A stretch of DNA of 58,591 nucleotides from a virus (lineage: Duplodnaviria; Caudoviricetes). Shown here in pieces: positions 57,522-58,591 of the stretch (position 1 is its first letter; every line of letters starts with the position of its first letter). The stretch lies in IMG/VR virus record IMGVR_UViG_3300029624_000135, positions 1 to 58,591 of that record; one strand, written 5' to 3'. The notes below the pieces were generated by a model. That model had not been told where the DNA came from. It did no database searches and saw nothing but the letters and a program-made list of their open reading frames with translations. The position numbers and the translations under genes were made by a program.

Positions 57522-57977
57522 CTACTTTTTGCCTTCTACCTCCAGCCATTCTTGGTAGAGTTCCTTTGCCCCTGGGCTATGGTCAAGGAATGTTCCGTAA
57601 TGTTCCATGACATTGTCCCGCCCTTTAATATATGCGGCCTCTTCTTTCTTGGAGATCCTTGATACCTGATAGATGGAAAAACCAAGGACCAACAGGACCG
57701 TGACCAACAACCCCCAAGTAAGTTTTATGGCCCAGCTGGGCAAGGTAATGGACCGCTCGACTTTATGAAGAATCCTTCCCATCAATCTTTGTTGTTCCTC
57801 AATGTTGGTTTTTTGGTTGTTGCCGTACTCCTTTAGAAGCGCATTTAACTCGCTGGTATCTGGCCTTAATGGAAGGTTCTGCAAATTTTCATGCACCTTT
57901 TCCAAACGGCCGATGCTCTTCTCAAAGCCGTTGATCTCCTCGGTCAACAGTTCCGCTATTTCATCCAGTTTTGCCAT
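57522..57977 (-). CDS. Mobilization-region membrane-anchored protein (DUF6730-like)
   Basis: MAKLDEIAELLTEEI, one TM helix, downstream of the relaxase. Confidence 0.65.
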   Translation of the reverse strand: MAKLDEIAELLTEEINGFEKSIGRLEKVHENLQNLPLRPDTSELNALLKEYGNNQKTNIEEQQRLMGRILHKVERSITLPSWAIKLTWGLLVTVLLVLGFSIYQVSRISKKEEAAYIKGRDNVMEHYGTFLDHSPGAKELYQEWLEVEGKK

Positions 57978-57987
57978 TTCGTTGTGT

Positions 57988-58590
57988 TTATATTCCTATT
58001 CCTGTGTCCCTGACCACTTTTATGGCCAGTTTGATGGTCTTCTTTATGATGGTCTGGGCCAGAGTTGTTGGGACATTCACGGTCTTGCCCAAAAGTTGCA
58101 TGCTCTTGTCCTTGGCCATTCGTTGTGCCATGTTCCTTTCAAAATTCATTTGACGGGCGATTCTGCCCATGGACATGGACCGGTGCACTTCGCTTCCCTT
58201 TAGGTTGGTTCCCTTATGCTCAAAACGGAAGCCCTGCAGTTGGTTCTGCCTATTGATGCTCGGGATGACCTTTACATTGTTCTGCTCCATGGACTTGATG
58301 TACTGGTCAAAGTCCCTTGGCCGTTCCTTGGCCATGACCTTTTCATGGATCTTTTGTATTTCAGAGCGGACATGTTGCATCCGGTACAGTTTTTCCTGCT
58401 GTACCTCCTTCACCGTGGTCAGATCCATTTGTTTGGCCACCCGTTCCGCTACTTGTTGGCTCCGCTTTCCGATAAAGCTGTCATTGTAGGCCTTGCCCTG
58501 AAAGTTTATCCGGTTGGCATACAGATGGACGTGCACGTGCTCCTTGTCCCGGTGGACAAAGGCAACGGCCTGGTGCTGCTTGAGGTTCAT
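57988..58590 (-). CDS. Relaxase/mobilization protein (5' end outside window)
   Basis: H.D..H.H.H motif (HRDKEHVHVH) and ANRI. Confidence 0.85.
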   Translation of the reverse strand: MNLKQHQAVAFVHRDKEHVHVHLYANRINFQGKAYNDSFIGKRSQQVAERVAKQMDLTTVKEVQQEKLYRMQHVRSEIQKIHEKVMAKERPRDFDQYIKSMEQNNVKVIPSINRQNQLQGFRFEHKGTNLKGSEVHRSMSMGRIARQMNFERNMAQRMAKDKSMQLLGKTVNVPTTLAQTIIKKTIKLAIKVVRDTGIGI

Positions 58591-58591
58591 T

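Larger units (their letters stand above)
53944..58591. mobile_element. Second integrative mobilizable element (partial, continues beyond the window)
   Basis: Integrase directly after the tRNA-end copy; relaxase; cargo gene. Confidence 0.8.

Overview
The window holds an apparently complete ~53.8 kb siphovirus-type prophage of a Bacteroidota host (probably Flavobacteriaceae, inferred from TAnnTTTG promoters and gene style). It is integrated at the 3' end of tRNA-Ser(TGA), with a 23-bp att repeat at 120-142 and 53921-53943. The left part of a second, mobilizable integrative element follows at the same site (integrase, AlbA_2/HATPase cargo, relaxase). Almost all phage genes are on the minus strand: early/replication (SSAP, intein-containing SNF2 helicase, initiator, DnaB, methyltransferases), packaging, head, tail and lysis. 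The main candidate for an undescribed system is a cassette converging on the CI-like repressor: a 58-aa acidic lipopeptide gene absent from the ORF track, a 4-TM membrane protein and a small cytoplasmic protein. This may be a peptide-sensing lysis-lysogeny module (inference, untested). Other highlights are signal-peptide-bearing proteins (including a pectate-lyase-like enzyme) in the late/lysis operon, two families of repeated regulatory motifs, a variant tRNA-fMet, a class 3 intein and a C5 methyltransferase with six tandem TRD-like repeats. Product calls rest on motif recognition and synteny, not database searches.
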